Part shown: positions 51,340-61,954 of the stretch, piece after piece
How the letters are laid out: every line of letters starts with the position of its first letter
Numbering within the stretch: position 1 is the stretch's first letter
Assembly (NCBI GenBank): GCA_963804995.1
Contig: CAWDSK010000006.1
Span: 992,001 to 1,056,000, forward strand
DNA from: an uncultured Acidobacteriota bacterium
GTDB taxonomy: Bacteria; Acidobacteriota; Terriglobia; UBA7540
DNA length: 64,000 bases
Direction: 5' to 3'
Notes under the pieces: generated by a model
The model's input: the letters and a program-made list of their open reading frames with translations, nothing else
Told to the model about the DNA's origin: nothing
Database searches by the model: none
Translations under genes and position numbers: made by a program

Positions 51340-52211
51340 TTCTCCCATATCGGTTATCGGTAGGATCGACACCAAGAATGAAGCATATTGAGTGGCCCGT
51401 AACAAGCGGCTTAACCCCTCACCCGCCCCGGCTGGTGAAAACGCCGGCTGCGGTCCACCCTCTCCCCTCGGAGAGGGCTATGCGTTTTCGGCTTGGTCCG
51501 ATGAGGCCTTGACCCGATGGCCCATGCCCCCCACCGACCCCCAAGCCCGGCGTGGCACACCTCCCCGTATCGGTTATCGGTAGGTTGACATCCAAACCTG
51601 AGCCAAAGTTCGGCTGGAAGTTTGACTATCACCAATTCACCCAATCGCGAAATCACTCAATGACCCGATGATCCGATGACTCAATGGCCCGATCACTCGA
51701 TCGCCGGATCTCCCGAGCTCCCGATTATCTCCCCCGCCGCGACACACTTCCCCGTTTCGGTTATCGGTGGTGTCAGGTAAGAAGATGAATCAAATGTTCA
51801 CTTCGGAAATCGGGAATCGCAAATCACAATTCGCAAATTCCAAATCCGCCGGACTGCCACACCAATCCAAAATCCGGAATCCAAAATTGCCGGACTGCCC
51901 CAGGCGCCAATTGCCCCCTCACCGACCTCCCCCCCGCCGTGACACACTTTCCCATATCGGTTATCGGTAGGTTGACATCCAAACCTGAGCCAAAATTCGG
52001 CTGGAAGTTTGACAATCACCAATTCACCCAATCGCGAAATCACTCAATGACCCGATGATCCGATCACCCGAAACACTTGGGGCGCCGCCGCTCTTCGCTA
52101 CTTACTTGCTCAACCCCGCGGGATAGAAATTGAATTCCTAGCCCTCTCCGGGGGGAGAGGGTGGACCGCCGCCGGCGTATTCACCGGCCGGGGCGGGACG
52201 GGTGAGGGGTT
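51340..52211. repeat. Composite intergenic repeat region
   Basis: TCGGTTATCGGT at 51350, 51570, 51757 and 51957; 127-bp duplication 51551-51677 / 51938-52064; inverted CCCTCTCC-family copies at 51413-51480 and 52139-52211. Confidence 0.85.
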
Positions 52212-52426
52212 GCTTCGCCACCCGATGAGCGGACTAGCACCCAGCTACGCAACCGGCGGTGCCCTTGCTCGTTTGGTTGCGGCTCCGCCGTGCTGGGCTG
52301 CCTTTCCCGATTAATTGGGACTCGCACCAAACGCTCGCTGCCTTCTGCTTACTGCTTTCTGCCTTCCGTCCTTCCGCGCCCTCCCCTTGCCTGACGCAGC
52401 TATTCTCGTCTATAGTGCGGGTTCAC

Positions 52427-53977
52427 ATGACCTTCCAACAAAAAGTCGAAGAATTGCGGCGGCGGCACGCCCAGGCGGAAGCCGGTGGCGGTGAGGAGCG
52501 CCGCGCCCGGGAGCACGCCGAGGGGAAACTATCGGCGCGTGAGCGGGTCGACCTACTCTTTGACGAAGGCAGCTTCGAAGAGCTCGACAAGCTGGTCGAG
52601 CATCGTTGCCAGGACTTCGGCATGGGTGAGCAGCGCATTCCGGGCGACGGAGTGGTCTCCGGTTACGGGCAAATCAACGGGCGCCTGGCCTACGCCTTCG
52701 CCCAGGACTTCACCGTGTTCGGCGGGTCGCTCAGTGAAGCTAACGCCGGCAAAATCTGCAAGGTGATGGACCTGGCCATGAAAGTCGGGGCGCCGATTGT
52801 GGGCTTGAACGATTCCGGCGGGGCGCGCATCCAGGAGGGCGTGGCGTCGCTCGCGGGCTACGCGGACATTTTCCTGCGCAATACGCTCGCCTCCGGCGTC
52901 ATTCCGCAGATTTCCGCCGTCCTGGGCCCCTGCGCCGGGGGAGCGGTTTATTCTCCTGCCATTACCGATTTCACGATTATGGTGAAGGATCACAGCTACA
53001 TGTTTGTGACGGGACCGGAAGTCATCAAGACCGTCATGCACGAAGATGTGACCATGGAGGACCTGGGCGGGCCCCTGACCCACAACGCCCGGAGCGGTGT
53101 GGCGCACTTCCTGGCGCGCGACGACGCGGACGCCCTGGCGCTCATCCGTGAGTTGCTCAGCTTCATACCGCAGAACAATCTGGAAGACCCGCCGCGCGTC
53201 GAAACCCAGGACCCCGCCGACCGGCGCGACGAGACGCTTGATAAGCTTGTGCCGGCGGAGCCTGATCAGCCCTACGACATCAAGGAAATCTTTACGCGCG
53301 TCGTGGACGACGGCTACTTTGTGGAGGTTCACGAGCACTTTGCCAAGAACCTGGTGGTGGGCTTCGCGCGACTGGGTGGACAAGCGGTGGGCATCGTCGC
53401 CAATCAGCCTGCGGTCCTCGCCGGCTGCCTGGACATCAACGCCTCCGTCAAGGGCGCGCGCTTTGTGCGCTTCTGCGACGCCTTCAATATTCCGCTCATC
53501 ACCTTTGAAGACGTCCCCGGATTCCTACCCGGCGCCCAGCAGGAGTACGGCGGCATCATCCGCCACGGCGCCAAGCTGCTGTTCGCTTACGCGGAAGCGA
53601 CCGTGCCCAAAATCACCGTCATCACCCGCAAAGCCTACGGCGGCGCCTATTGCGTCATGGCGTCCAAACACCTCCGCACCGACGTGAACCTGGCCTACCC
53701 CACGGCGGAGATCGCCGTTATGGGCCCCGAGGGTGCGGTGAATATCGTCTATCGGCGCGAATTGCAAAAAGCCGAAGACCCGGAAAAACTGCGCCGCGAA
53801 AAAGTGGAAGAATTTCGCGACTACTTCGCTAATCCCTACGTCGCGGCCGAACGTGGCTGGATCGACGCCGTCATCGAGCCGCGCGACACCCGTCCCAGAT
53901 TGATTGCCGCCCTGCGTATGCTCGAAACCAAGCGTGACATTATGCCCGCCAAGAAGCACGGGAATGTCCCACTTTAA
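52427..53977 (+). CDS. pccB: Acyl-CoA (propionyl/methylmalonyl-CoA) carboxyltransferase subunit
   Basis: [35 protein letters not shown] and KKHGNVPL. Confidence 0.9.
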   Translation: MTFQQKVEELRRRHAQAEAGGGEERRAREHAEGKLSARERVDLLFDEGSFEELDKLVEHRCQDFGMGEQRIPGDGVVSGYGQINGRLAYAFAQDFTVFGGSLSEANAGKICKVMDLAMKVGAPIVGLNDSGGARIQEGVASLAGYADIFLRNTLASGVIPQISAVLGPCAGGAVYSPAITDFTIMVKDHSYMFVTGPEVIKTVMHEDVTMEDLGGPLTHNARSGVAHFLARDDADALALIRELLSFIPQNNLEDPPRVETQDPADRRDETLDKLVPAEPDQPYDIKEIFTRVVDDGYFVEVHEHFAKNLVVGFARLGGQAVGIVANQPAVLAGCLDINASVKGARFVRFCDAFNIPLITFEDVPGFLPGAQQEYGGIIRHGAKLLFAYAEATVPKITVITRKAYGGAYCVMASKHLRTDVNLAYPTAEIAVMGPEGAVNIVYRRELQKAEDPEKLRREKVEEFRDYFANPYVAAERGWIDAVIEPRDTRPRLIAALRMLETKRDIMPAKKHGNVPL

Positions 53978-54106
53978 CGCCGTAGCGGGGCGTAGCGGGC
54001 CTTGTCCCACCTAATTTCGCCAAGGGGCGAATCGGCGGTCGTCCCAGAATTTGGGTATAATCGGCAAAGCCGTAGCAGGGTAAAGACACTAAGTTTGAGG
54101 AGACCG

Positions 54107-55633
54107 GTGTTCCGCAAGATTCTGATCGCCAATCGCGGGGAGATCGCCGTGCGCGTGATGCGCGCCTGCCGCGAAATGAATATCCGCACCGTCGCGGTGT
54201 TTTCGAAAGTGGATCGCAAATCGCTGCACGTGCGCTACGCTGACGAAGCGTATGCGATTGGCCCGGCGCCTTCCACTGAAAGTTACCTGCGCATCGACCG
54301 CATTCTTGACGCGGCGCGGCGAAGTGGCGCGGAAGCTGTGCATCCCGGCTACGGTTTCTTGGCGGAGAACCCCGAGTTTGCGCGCGCCTGTGAGGACGCG
54401 GGCGTTGTTTTCATCGGGCCGCCCGTGAGCGCCATGGAGTTGATGGGATCAAAAACTGCCGCGCGCCACGCACTGATTAAAGCAGGGTTGCCGGTGGTCC
54501 CGGGCGCCGATCACAACCTCGAGAGCTTTGCGGAAGTCGCGCGGATTGCGGCTGAAATCGGGTTCCCCGTCATGTTGAAAGCCTCAGCAGGAGGAGGCGG
54601 CAAAGGACTGCGATTGGTGTGGAAGGAGTCGGACCTCAAATCCGCCTACGGCACGGCGCGGTCCGAAGCCCAGAACGCCTTCAACGAGGCGTCGGTCTAC
54701 CTGGAGAAATACATCGAGCATCCACGCCACGTGGAAATCCAGATTCTCGGCGACCGGCAGGGCAACTTGATTCATCTGGGCGAGCGCGAGTGCTCACTGC
54801 AACGGCGCCACCAGAAAGTGGTGGAGGAATGCCCCTCCCCCGCTGTCGATGAAGACCTGCGCCGGCAGATGGGCGAGACGGCCGTGCGCATCGGCAAACT
54901 CGCAGGCTACTGGAACGCCGGAACGGTAGAGTTCCTGCTCGATGAAAACGGAAATTACTATTTCCTGGAGATGAACACCCGCCTGCAGGTGGAGCACCCG
55001 GTCACGGAGTTGGTGGTCGGGATTGACCTTGTGAAAGAACAAATCAAGATTGCAGCGGGCGGAGAACTGGCTTGGAAACAAGAAGACGTACGTCTGCGTG
55101 GAGTGGCAATCGAGTGCCGCATTTACGCCGAAGACCCCGCCAATAATTTCTTTCCATCGCCAGGACTCATCACGCGCTTGCAGGTACCGGCGGGACCGGG
55201 TGTGCGGCGCGACAGTGGGGTGTATGAAGGCTGGCGGGTCCCACTCGAATACGACCCCTTGCTCTCGAAGTTGGCCGTGTGGGCGCCCGATCGCGAGGCA
55301 GCCATCGCACGCTTGCGGCGGGCGTTGGGTGAGTACGAGATTCAGGGCATCTGCACGAATATTCCCTTCTTCCGCCGGATTATGGAGCATCCGGATTTCC
55401 TGGCGGCCCGGCTAGACACCCGATTCATCGATCGCGTACTGGCCGCCGGCTTGATGGAGGATGAGCCAGCGTCAGAGGCAGAAGAGCACGTGGCCATGCT
55501 CGCGGCGCTACTACATGTAGAGCAGCACGGCGAGGCACGGCCGCTGCGCGCGTCGGCGGGCCAGGGGTGGAAACAAGCGGGGCGGCGTAATCTGCTCAAT
55601 CGCCAACCCCGGCGCGGGGCTAAGGGGAACTGA
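54107..55633 (+). CDS. accC: Biotin carboxylase
   Basis: FRKILIANRGEIA, HPGYGFLAEN, GGGGKG, RECSLQRRHQK and EMNTRLQVEHPVTE. Confidence 0.95.
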   Translation: MFRKILIANRGEIAVRVMRACREMNIRTVAVFSKVDRKSLHVRYADEAYAIGPAPSTESYLRIDRILDAARRSGAEAVHPGYGFLAENPEFARACEDAGVVFIGPPVSAMELMGSKTAARHALIKAGLPVVPGADHNLESFAEVARIAAEIGFPVMLKASAGGGGKGLRLVWKESDLKSAYGTARSEAQNAFNEASVYLEKYIEHPRHVEIQILGDRQGNLIHLGERECSLQRRHQKVVEECPSPAVDEDLRRQMGETAVRIGKLAGYWNAGTVEFLLDENGNYYFLEMNTRLQVEHPVTELVVGIDLVKEQIKIAAGGELAWKQEDVRLRGVAIECRIYAEDPANNFFPSPGLITRLQVPAGPGVRRDSGVYEGWRVPLEYDPLLSKLAVWAPDREAAIARLRRALGEYEIQGICTNIPFFRRIMEHPDFLAARLDTRFIDRVLAAGLMEDEPASEAEEHVAMLAALLHVEQHGEARPLRASAGQGWKQAGRRNLLNRQPRRGAKGN

Positions 55634-56169
55634 TGAAATTCACGGTGCGCCTTCACCGCGGTTCCAAGGTCGTGGAGCATGAATTGGAACTGGCGGCACA
55701 CCCAACGACGGTCGGCCTAAGGCATTTTCGAGTCGATGGCAAAAGTGTCGAGGCGCATTGCGAGGAAATCTCACCGGGGGCCTACTCACTGTTGGTGGAC
55801 GGGCGGTCGTACGAAGCGCAGGTCTCTCAACAATCCGGGGATGGACCGGGACTTGCGAGCCCTTACGTCATCACAGTCGGGCTGCGGCGTTACCGTGTGG
55901 AACTACGCGACCCACGCCGCTGGCGCCGCGCGGGGTCCGCCGTCGAGGCGGAAGGTCCGCAAGAAATCATGGCGCCCATGCCAGGCAAAGTTGTGAAGTT
56001 GCTCGTCAGGGAAAACCAGGAGGTCAAGCGCGACCAGGGCCTGCTGGTGATCGAAGCGATGAAAATGCAGAACGAGCTGCGCGCACCTCGCACCGGGCGA
56101 GTAGAGCGAATTTACGTGGTGGAGGGTCGCGGCGTGGAAACAGGTGTGCGCTTACTGCGATTGGTGTGA
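55633..56169 (+). CDS. Biotin carboxyl carrier protein
   Basis: APMPGKV and EAMKMQNE. Confidence 0.92.
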   Translation: MKFTVRLHRGSKVVEHELELAAHPTTVGLRHFRVDGKSVEAHCEEISPGAYSLLVDGRSYEAQVSQQSGDGPGLASPYVITVGLRRYRVELRDPRRWRRAGSAVEAEGPQEIMAPMPGKVVKLLVRENQEVKRDQGLLVIEAMKMQNELRAPRTGRVERIYVVEGRGVETGVRLLRLV

Positions 56170-56705
56170 GGTGCAAAGTGGTAAGCGCAGCGCCGTGGAA
56201 CCGCAAACGAAAAGTCAGTGGACAAAAAAGGGCATGCGGGGAATTTGGTGGGACAACGCGTGCTGGGGTGTTCTCCGAGTGACAACTGGGACGGTTTTCA
56301 CGATCACAAAATGTCGCTGGCCTGCGACCTTCAAGGAGGCCCCCAGGCGATGCCGAGCCCCACTCCCCATAGGCGTTAATATAGGCGCCGAATTGCTCTC
56401 GCGAGATTAGGGTGCATTTTTCGAAAACAAGCCCACGTTGCGGAAACTTCCCTGGGTAGGCGACTGCACGTCAAACTGAGCACGCGCATGGTTTCGGGTG
56501 CCAAGACTAACTTCCTCGAAGCGGCTTCGGGACCGGAATAACTTCCGAGCACCCCGTCATCCGCCCGGGACGGCTGCCGCAAGACCAACATCCACACATT
56601 GCTGATTAGAAACCGTTGAACTGACCGCCGCGACCTACTCTGTGGTTCCTTGGCTGTTCTCTTCCTCGAATGAGTAGAGGCGCTTCAGGGAAGCTAAAGG
56701 TACTG

Positions 56706-56748
56706 TTGCACCATTAGAAAATTGGGTGTACTATACATTTGTTTAGTA
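56706..56748 (+). promoter_or_regulatory. sigma70-like promoter overlapped by a 20-bp palindromic operator candidate
   Basis: TTGCAC-17 nt-TACTAT; TACTATACATTTGTTTAGTA (56729-56748) is 16/20 self-complementary. Confidence 0.6.
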
Positions 56749-57350
56749 TGCCGAGCGACCTAACAGATGCGCAGCGGGAAGTATGGCTTTTCCTTAACGA
56801 GCGAATGGAGGTAGGCGAACCATCCCCAACTTACCGCGAAATTTGTAAACGCTTTGGGTTTTCCAGTCCCAAGGCAGCTTTCGATCACGTTACAGCGCTA
56901 GAGAAGAAGGGGTATGTGATGAGGGGAAAGGGCGCTCGGAACCTGCGTTTGCTGCGCAGAATCGCGGGTATACCGTTGCTTGCCCGCATTCCTGCTGGAT
57001 TTGCCGACGAAGCATTGACAACAGCCGATGTACGCCTTAATCTTGACCCGCAGTTTTGCGGCATTCGGGATCGCTCGCGGGCTTTCGCGCTACGCGTTGC
57101 AGGCGATTCGATGACTGGCCGTCGAATTTTCGATGGCGATATTGTGCTATTCGACAATCCGGCTGATGTCCGGGACGGCGATATCGTGGCCGCGCTGATC
57201 GACAACCAATCCACCCTGAAGACCTTGGTGCATAAAGGGGGGAAGGCTTGGCTCCGGGCCGAAAATCCCAATTACCCCGACTTGATTCCATTGCTGGACT
57301 TACAGGTCCAGGGTGTCGTTCGCGCCGTAATCCGGCTGATGAATCCATAA
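56748..57350 (+). CDS. lexA: LexA-like repressor (wHTH + S24 peptidase)
   Basis: LTDAQREV, PTYREI...FGFSSP, cleavage site RIPAG, catalytic GDSM and TLK. Confidence 0.88.
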   Translation: MPSDLTDAQREVWLFLNERMEVGEPSPTYREICKRFGFSSPKAAFDHVTALEKKGYVMRGKGARNLRLLRRIAGIPLLARIPAGFADEALTTADVRLNLDPQFCGIRDRSRAFALRVAGDSMTGRRIFDGDIVLFDNPADVRDGDIVAALIDNQSTLKTLVHKGGKAWLRAENPNYPDLIPLLDLQVQGVVRAVIRLMNP

Positions 57351-57376
57351 GCGGCAAGGCGTTCGATATCCATATC

Positions 57377-60051
57377 GTGGCCAGACGCAACCAGAGTGTG
57401 GGCTTGGAGAAAACAACATTTCTACCGTTCCGCTGACACCCAGTTCGATCCGTGATGCGCTCCGTGACTGCGGATATCGCACCGATTTACTTCGGAGCGA
57501 CTTTTCCTTCGGAGATGGCCAGGTCGTACCACTGGTAGGTTTTGCCCAGGCTCCTGAGGACTCTCGCTCAGCGTGCGTGGCTGTGCTCTCAACGTCGAAC
57601 GGCTCCCACTTGGCCGTACAGGAATGCAAACCTCTTGGGGCACCGCTCGTATTCGTGTGCTCACAGAATGCGCTCCAATGGTGGAAGCAAGGGGCCAATA
57701 AGCCAGAATTTTTGGAGACCGTCCCAGCAAACCAAATCGACGGATTTTTCCAGGGGCATCGGAAAGATTTCTCGCCCGAAGCTGTCTACCGGGCAAAGAC
57801 GTGGGGACGGTTTCAGACGGCATACCAGCTCAGTTTCGTGGACCTTGGGCTGATGCCTCTCGTCGAGGAACAGGTTGGCAAGTCTCTCGACCGACTTATC
57901 GATCAAAACGTTACCGCCGCTAAGATACGCCTCAATTGGGGGAAGATCACTGAAGAACAAGGCCGTTGGTTGCTCCAAACTGTTTTCTGGCTCGTTTCGG
58001 GGAAGATCCTCCGGGACAAGAAAGTTCCAGGTTTTGAAGACCTGAACTTGAATGACGTGGAACAGGTGTTTCGTAAATTGGCGGGGCATTACGACACGAA
58101 TCCGCTTAATGCTGGATCGGCGAAGGAGCTTGAGGCTCTATGTGAAGCGGCTCGTACCATTGACCAATTCAGCAGCTTGGTCCTCACTACGACCGAGTCA
58201 CTCGCCTACGTCTACGAGAACACGCTCATTTCAAAGAAGACACGATCATCCCTTGGAACACACAGCACGCCATCGTTTCTCGTTGACTACGTCGTGGGCA
58301 ATGTAGCCGAATGGGTGGCGGAGATTCCTCTGAGAAAAAGAAGCGTGTTTGAGCCAGCTTGCGGACACGCCGCATTCATGGTATCCGCAATGCGGTTGCT
58401 CACGGAATTGCTCCCGGTCGAGGAAGCGGTGCCGAGCCGGCGGCGCCAATATCTCCGAAGCCGTTTACATGGAAATGACATAGATGCATTTGCTCTTGAG
58501 CTGGCTCGCCTGTCGCTGACACTCACAGATATTCCAAATCCGGACGGATGGGATTTGAAACCGCAGGACATGTTTCTTGATAACCGCCTCGCCGAGCAGG
58601 CAAAGAGAAACACCATCTTGCTTGCTAACCCACCTTTTGACAACTTCACCCGGGAGGAGCAAGACTTCTATAGGGGGCGGAATTCACAGGTTCGCTTCTT
58701 CAATAAATCTGCCGAATTGGTGTGGCAGACAGTGCCGCAACTCCCTGAAGGGGGAGTCTTTGGTATCGTCCTCCCCCAAACCTTCTTGCACAGCAAGAAT
58801 GCCAAAGACCTTCGCGAGTTTCTTGTTCGCGAGTGCGAGATCAAGCAAATCTGCCTTTTCCCTGACGAGGTCTTCCCCTTCTCGGACGCTGAGTCGGCAG
58901 TTCTAGTGGGCCGCCGCAAGAAAGTTACTGGCCAGAACCGGGTTCTGTACCGCCGTATCCGCGAACGTCAATTTCAATCGTTCCGGTCAGACTATGTCGC
59001 CTCCACGTCGCGAACCGTTTCACAATCACGGTTTTCGCGCGATAAGTCGTTTTCCCTGCGGGTTCCTGAGTTAGAGGAGGTGTGGAGTGTATTTACGGAC
59101 AATCCGACGCTTGCGGACATCGCGGTGGTCGAACAAGGACTTATATATCACGGCGAACGCCAACGACACGGTAAGATTGCATACTCCCGGGACCGGTTTC
59201 CCCGTAGCCATCAAGGCTTTGCGCTGTTCGACCGCGATATTAACCTGCACCAGTTGCCTCAACGGTACTGGATGAACCTAGATTCGACAGTAATCCGCTG
59301 GGCAGGCACGCGAGCGGCCGGAGGAATTCCACAAGTCCTCCTTAACTATGCCCCTGTCAGCCGAGGCCCTTGGCGACTAAAGGCTCTGATTGATAAGCAG
59401 GGGCACCCCGTCACAAGCCGTTTCATCCCAGTACGACCAACGGCGTCTCCATATTCCCTCGAAACCCTTTGGGCGCTGCTTAACTCTCCGGTTGCGAATG
59501 CTTACGCGTTTTCGCATCTGGGAAAGCGCGACAACATCGTGGGTGATATCCGTAAGATACCGGTCCCCAAGCAGGGATCGTTTGAAGGGGTTACCCGTGC
59601 TGTGACTGCATATCTTGAAGTTGCCTCGTTGGAAACGGACCCGGCAGTGCTTCAGAAGCTTTTACTGCGGGTTGATTGCGAGGTTCTAAGGCTGTATTCA
59701 CTGCCACTCGAACTGGAGCAATCACTCCTTGCGATTTTCACCGGTTGGGAGCGCGTTGGCGTGCCGTTCAAGCAGACCAGGTACTTACCCAAGGAACTCG
59801 AGAATTCGGTGAGGTTTTCCGATTTTCTTCAGTTTGAGGAGGATTGGCCAACGACAAATCGCGAACGCGGCATCCTCATCGACAAGGAAATTTCGGGGAC
59901 GATCAGTGCAGAGGAGCAAATGCGTCTGGATGCATTGCAGGCCTACGCCGACTATCACGTCGACCAGGTTGCGCCAGAGCCTACATATGTGATAGATGAG
60001 CTCGAAAAGCGGCTATTTTCCGGCCTTCCAAAGAAAGACGGGGCTGCTTGA
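57377..60051 (+). CDS. Large N6-adenine DNA methyltransferase with TRD (type IIG/Eco57I-like scaffold)
   Basis: GTHSTP, FEPACGHAAF, NPPF and LWALLNSPVAN. The frame is open upstream to 57343; GTG 57377 would need a one-base correction near 57411, otherwise the start is 57577. Confidence 0.85.
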
Positions 60052-60650
60052 TGGTCGGATTTGAATACCCAACTCAGCCCCACATCCGGCGGCACGGTCC
60101 TGCGGGGTACGAAGGCTACGAAAGCTATCGCGACTGGCTCCGCGATGAGTTTATGTTTCGATGCGTCTACTGCTTGCGCCGCGAACAGTGGTGCGAGCGT
60201 GACGCAACATTCCACATTGACCATTTCCTCCCGGTAAAGCATCACCCGGAGGAAGAATGTGAGTACTCGAATCTTCTTTATGCCTGTGCGACGTGCAATG
60301 AAGCAAAAAAGGCTGTGCTCAACGTTCCCAACCCATGCATAGTGGCGTTCCACGATTGCCTCCGCATCATAGCGGATGGTAGCGTTAAGGCCTTAAACGA
60401 CAATGGGAAGAAGCTCGCAAAGGCGCTGGGGCTGAACAAGCCCAGTAGGGTCGCATTCCGCTCACGTTGGATGCGAATGCTTGCGACGCTAGAGGCGAGT
60501 AACCCCGACCTCTACCGGGAGTTCATGGGATTCCCCGAGGACCTGCCCGACCTTCGCAAGAAGCAGGTCCCGACCAACACTAAGCCAGATGGAGCGGAAA
60601 ACTGCTACTTCGCCCTACGTGAGCGCGGTAAGCTGCCCCAGACATATTAG
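60048..60650 (+). CDS. HNH endonuclease
   Basis: RCVYC, IDHFLP and YSNLLYACATCN..K; coupled to the MTase stop. Confidence 0.88.
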   Translation: MMVGFEYPTQPHIRRHGPAGYEGYESYRDWLRDEFMFRCVYCLRREQWCERDATFHIDHFLPVKHHPEEECEYSNLLYACATCNEAKKAVLNVPNPCIVAFHDCLRIIADGSVKALNDNGKKLAKALGLNKPSRVAFRSRWMRMLATLEASNPDLYREFMGFPEDLPDLRKKQVPTNTKPDGAENCYFALRERGKLPQTY

Positions 60651-60672
60651 ACAGCCATTCCGGGTTTTGAAG

Positions 60673-61599
60673 CTATCGCCTGTGCCTTGCCCCACCCGCC
60701 AAAGGCTTCTCTGGTGGGTGGGCGTTGTACGCAGCATTCGCTGTGACGATAAACTCCGCCATTCCTCGGCACAGGTCCTCTCGGCGGATGGGGCGGGCCA
60801 GATTGAACGTGACGAGCCTCTCTTCTTGTCCCGGCCACCCAAAGTGGATTCGATCTCGCCGCCCCACCATGCCATTCAGAAATGCCACCTCTGCCTTCAG
60901 TGGCTTCGAGTTATCACAGAGCACGTCAAGAACTTGGTGTTGTTCGGCCCACGCGCAGAGGAGCGTATACAAAGACGTAAATGTTAAGTCCAGAACCCAG
61001 TTCTGTATACCCTCCATACCCCGAATGGAGGTCACCTCCTCATCAGTATGGCGTCGATTTAAAAAAGCAAATGTCGTGATCATATTTATCACGTCGTCAG
61101 CTTCCACCAGGACGACTTCTTTGCGAGGAAGCGGACCCATCTTGGTTGGGTCTAGCTCACGCATCATTTGAGAGAACTCTACAAAAAGCTGCTCGGCGGA
61201 CTGGGGCCTCGCCACGAACCAGACGTACAGAACCATGCTGATAAATCGGTGAAAGTTGATCTGGTAGTAGATTGAGTTGCAATCCGAAAAGCAGGGCTCG
61301 AAAATGTACTCAAAGAACTTAGAAGCCAGTGCGAATTTCTTCAAGTGAAAGACAATCTTCGCGTGAGGTCCTGCGGCCTTGATCAAAAATGAGACAGCGT
61401 TGCGCCCGCCAGGGGTCTTAAGAAGACGGCTTCCTTTGAGCTCATTTCCTTGGAGCCGAAAGTCGCGAATGGCCTTGTCCGCCAACGCCCGGGCTTCATC
61501 GGGCTCCATGGCGAGGGTAGCGAACACAAAGAACGCTTGCTCGCTGTCCAAAAGGTTGTTCCCACTGAATCCGGACTCGTCACAATAGATAGTAGCCAT
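60673..61599 (-). CDS. DUF3800 family protein, probably lacking its C-terminal motif
   Basis: IYCDESG and ELKG present; no QxAD motif seen near the C-terminus. Confidence 0.75.
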   Translation of the reverse strand: MATIYCDESGFSGNNLLDSEQAFFVFATLAMEPDEARALADKAIRDFRLQGNELKGSRLLKTPGGRNAVSFLIKAAGPHAKIVFHLKKFALASKFFEYIFEPCFSDCNSIYYQINFHRFISMVLYVWFVARPQSAEQLFVEFSQMMRELDPTKMGPLPRKEVVLVEADDVINMITTFAFLNRRHTDEEVTSIRGMEGIQNWVLDLTFTSLYTLLCAWAEQHQVLDVLCDNSKPLKAEVAFLNGMVGRRDRIHFGWPGQEERLVTFNLARPIRREDLCRGMAEFIVTANAAYNAHPPEKPLAGGARHRR

Positions 61600-61954
61600 A
61601 ACTGCCCATACGAAGTGACCGACGCGGAGTCGCTAGTGTTGCTTCGTGGGTGACAAAATACACCCAAGCCGTCCGCTCATGCAATCGGAAGCACGACGCC
61701 AAAGGACTTGAATTCAATTTGATGGGAACCGCCTTTTTGGCCGACGTGGCGCCCGGTGGTTCCGGGTGTATGGTCGGGCACTCGGAAACTATCCGGAAAG
61801 GGGGTTCTGGGAATTAGCTCCTGGGTTGTCGCCCCAGCGTTTACCGATCCACGCAACTCTGGAGGGTTGACGGGGGAAAACAAATCACCTGGCTGGTAAC
61901 GGCGGGGGTCTGCGCCAGCAAATCCAAAATCGAAAATCTGAAATTTAAAACCCC

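Noticed and set aside
51411..52043. Duplicated 81-aa ORFs (MISRLGELVIVK...)
   Set aside because: They start within octamer-periodic tracts, lack an RBS and are explained by the DNA duplication.
56170..56700. tRNA or att site at the island boundary
   Set aside because: No cloverleaf or T-loop consensus, and no matching direct repeat at the other island end was found by eye.
60048..60650. Retron- or Septu-associated HNH effector
   Set aside because: No RT, msr-msd or AAA ATPase is adjacent; the partner gene is an MTase.
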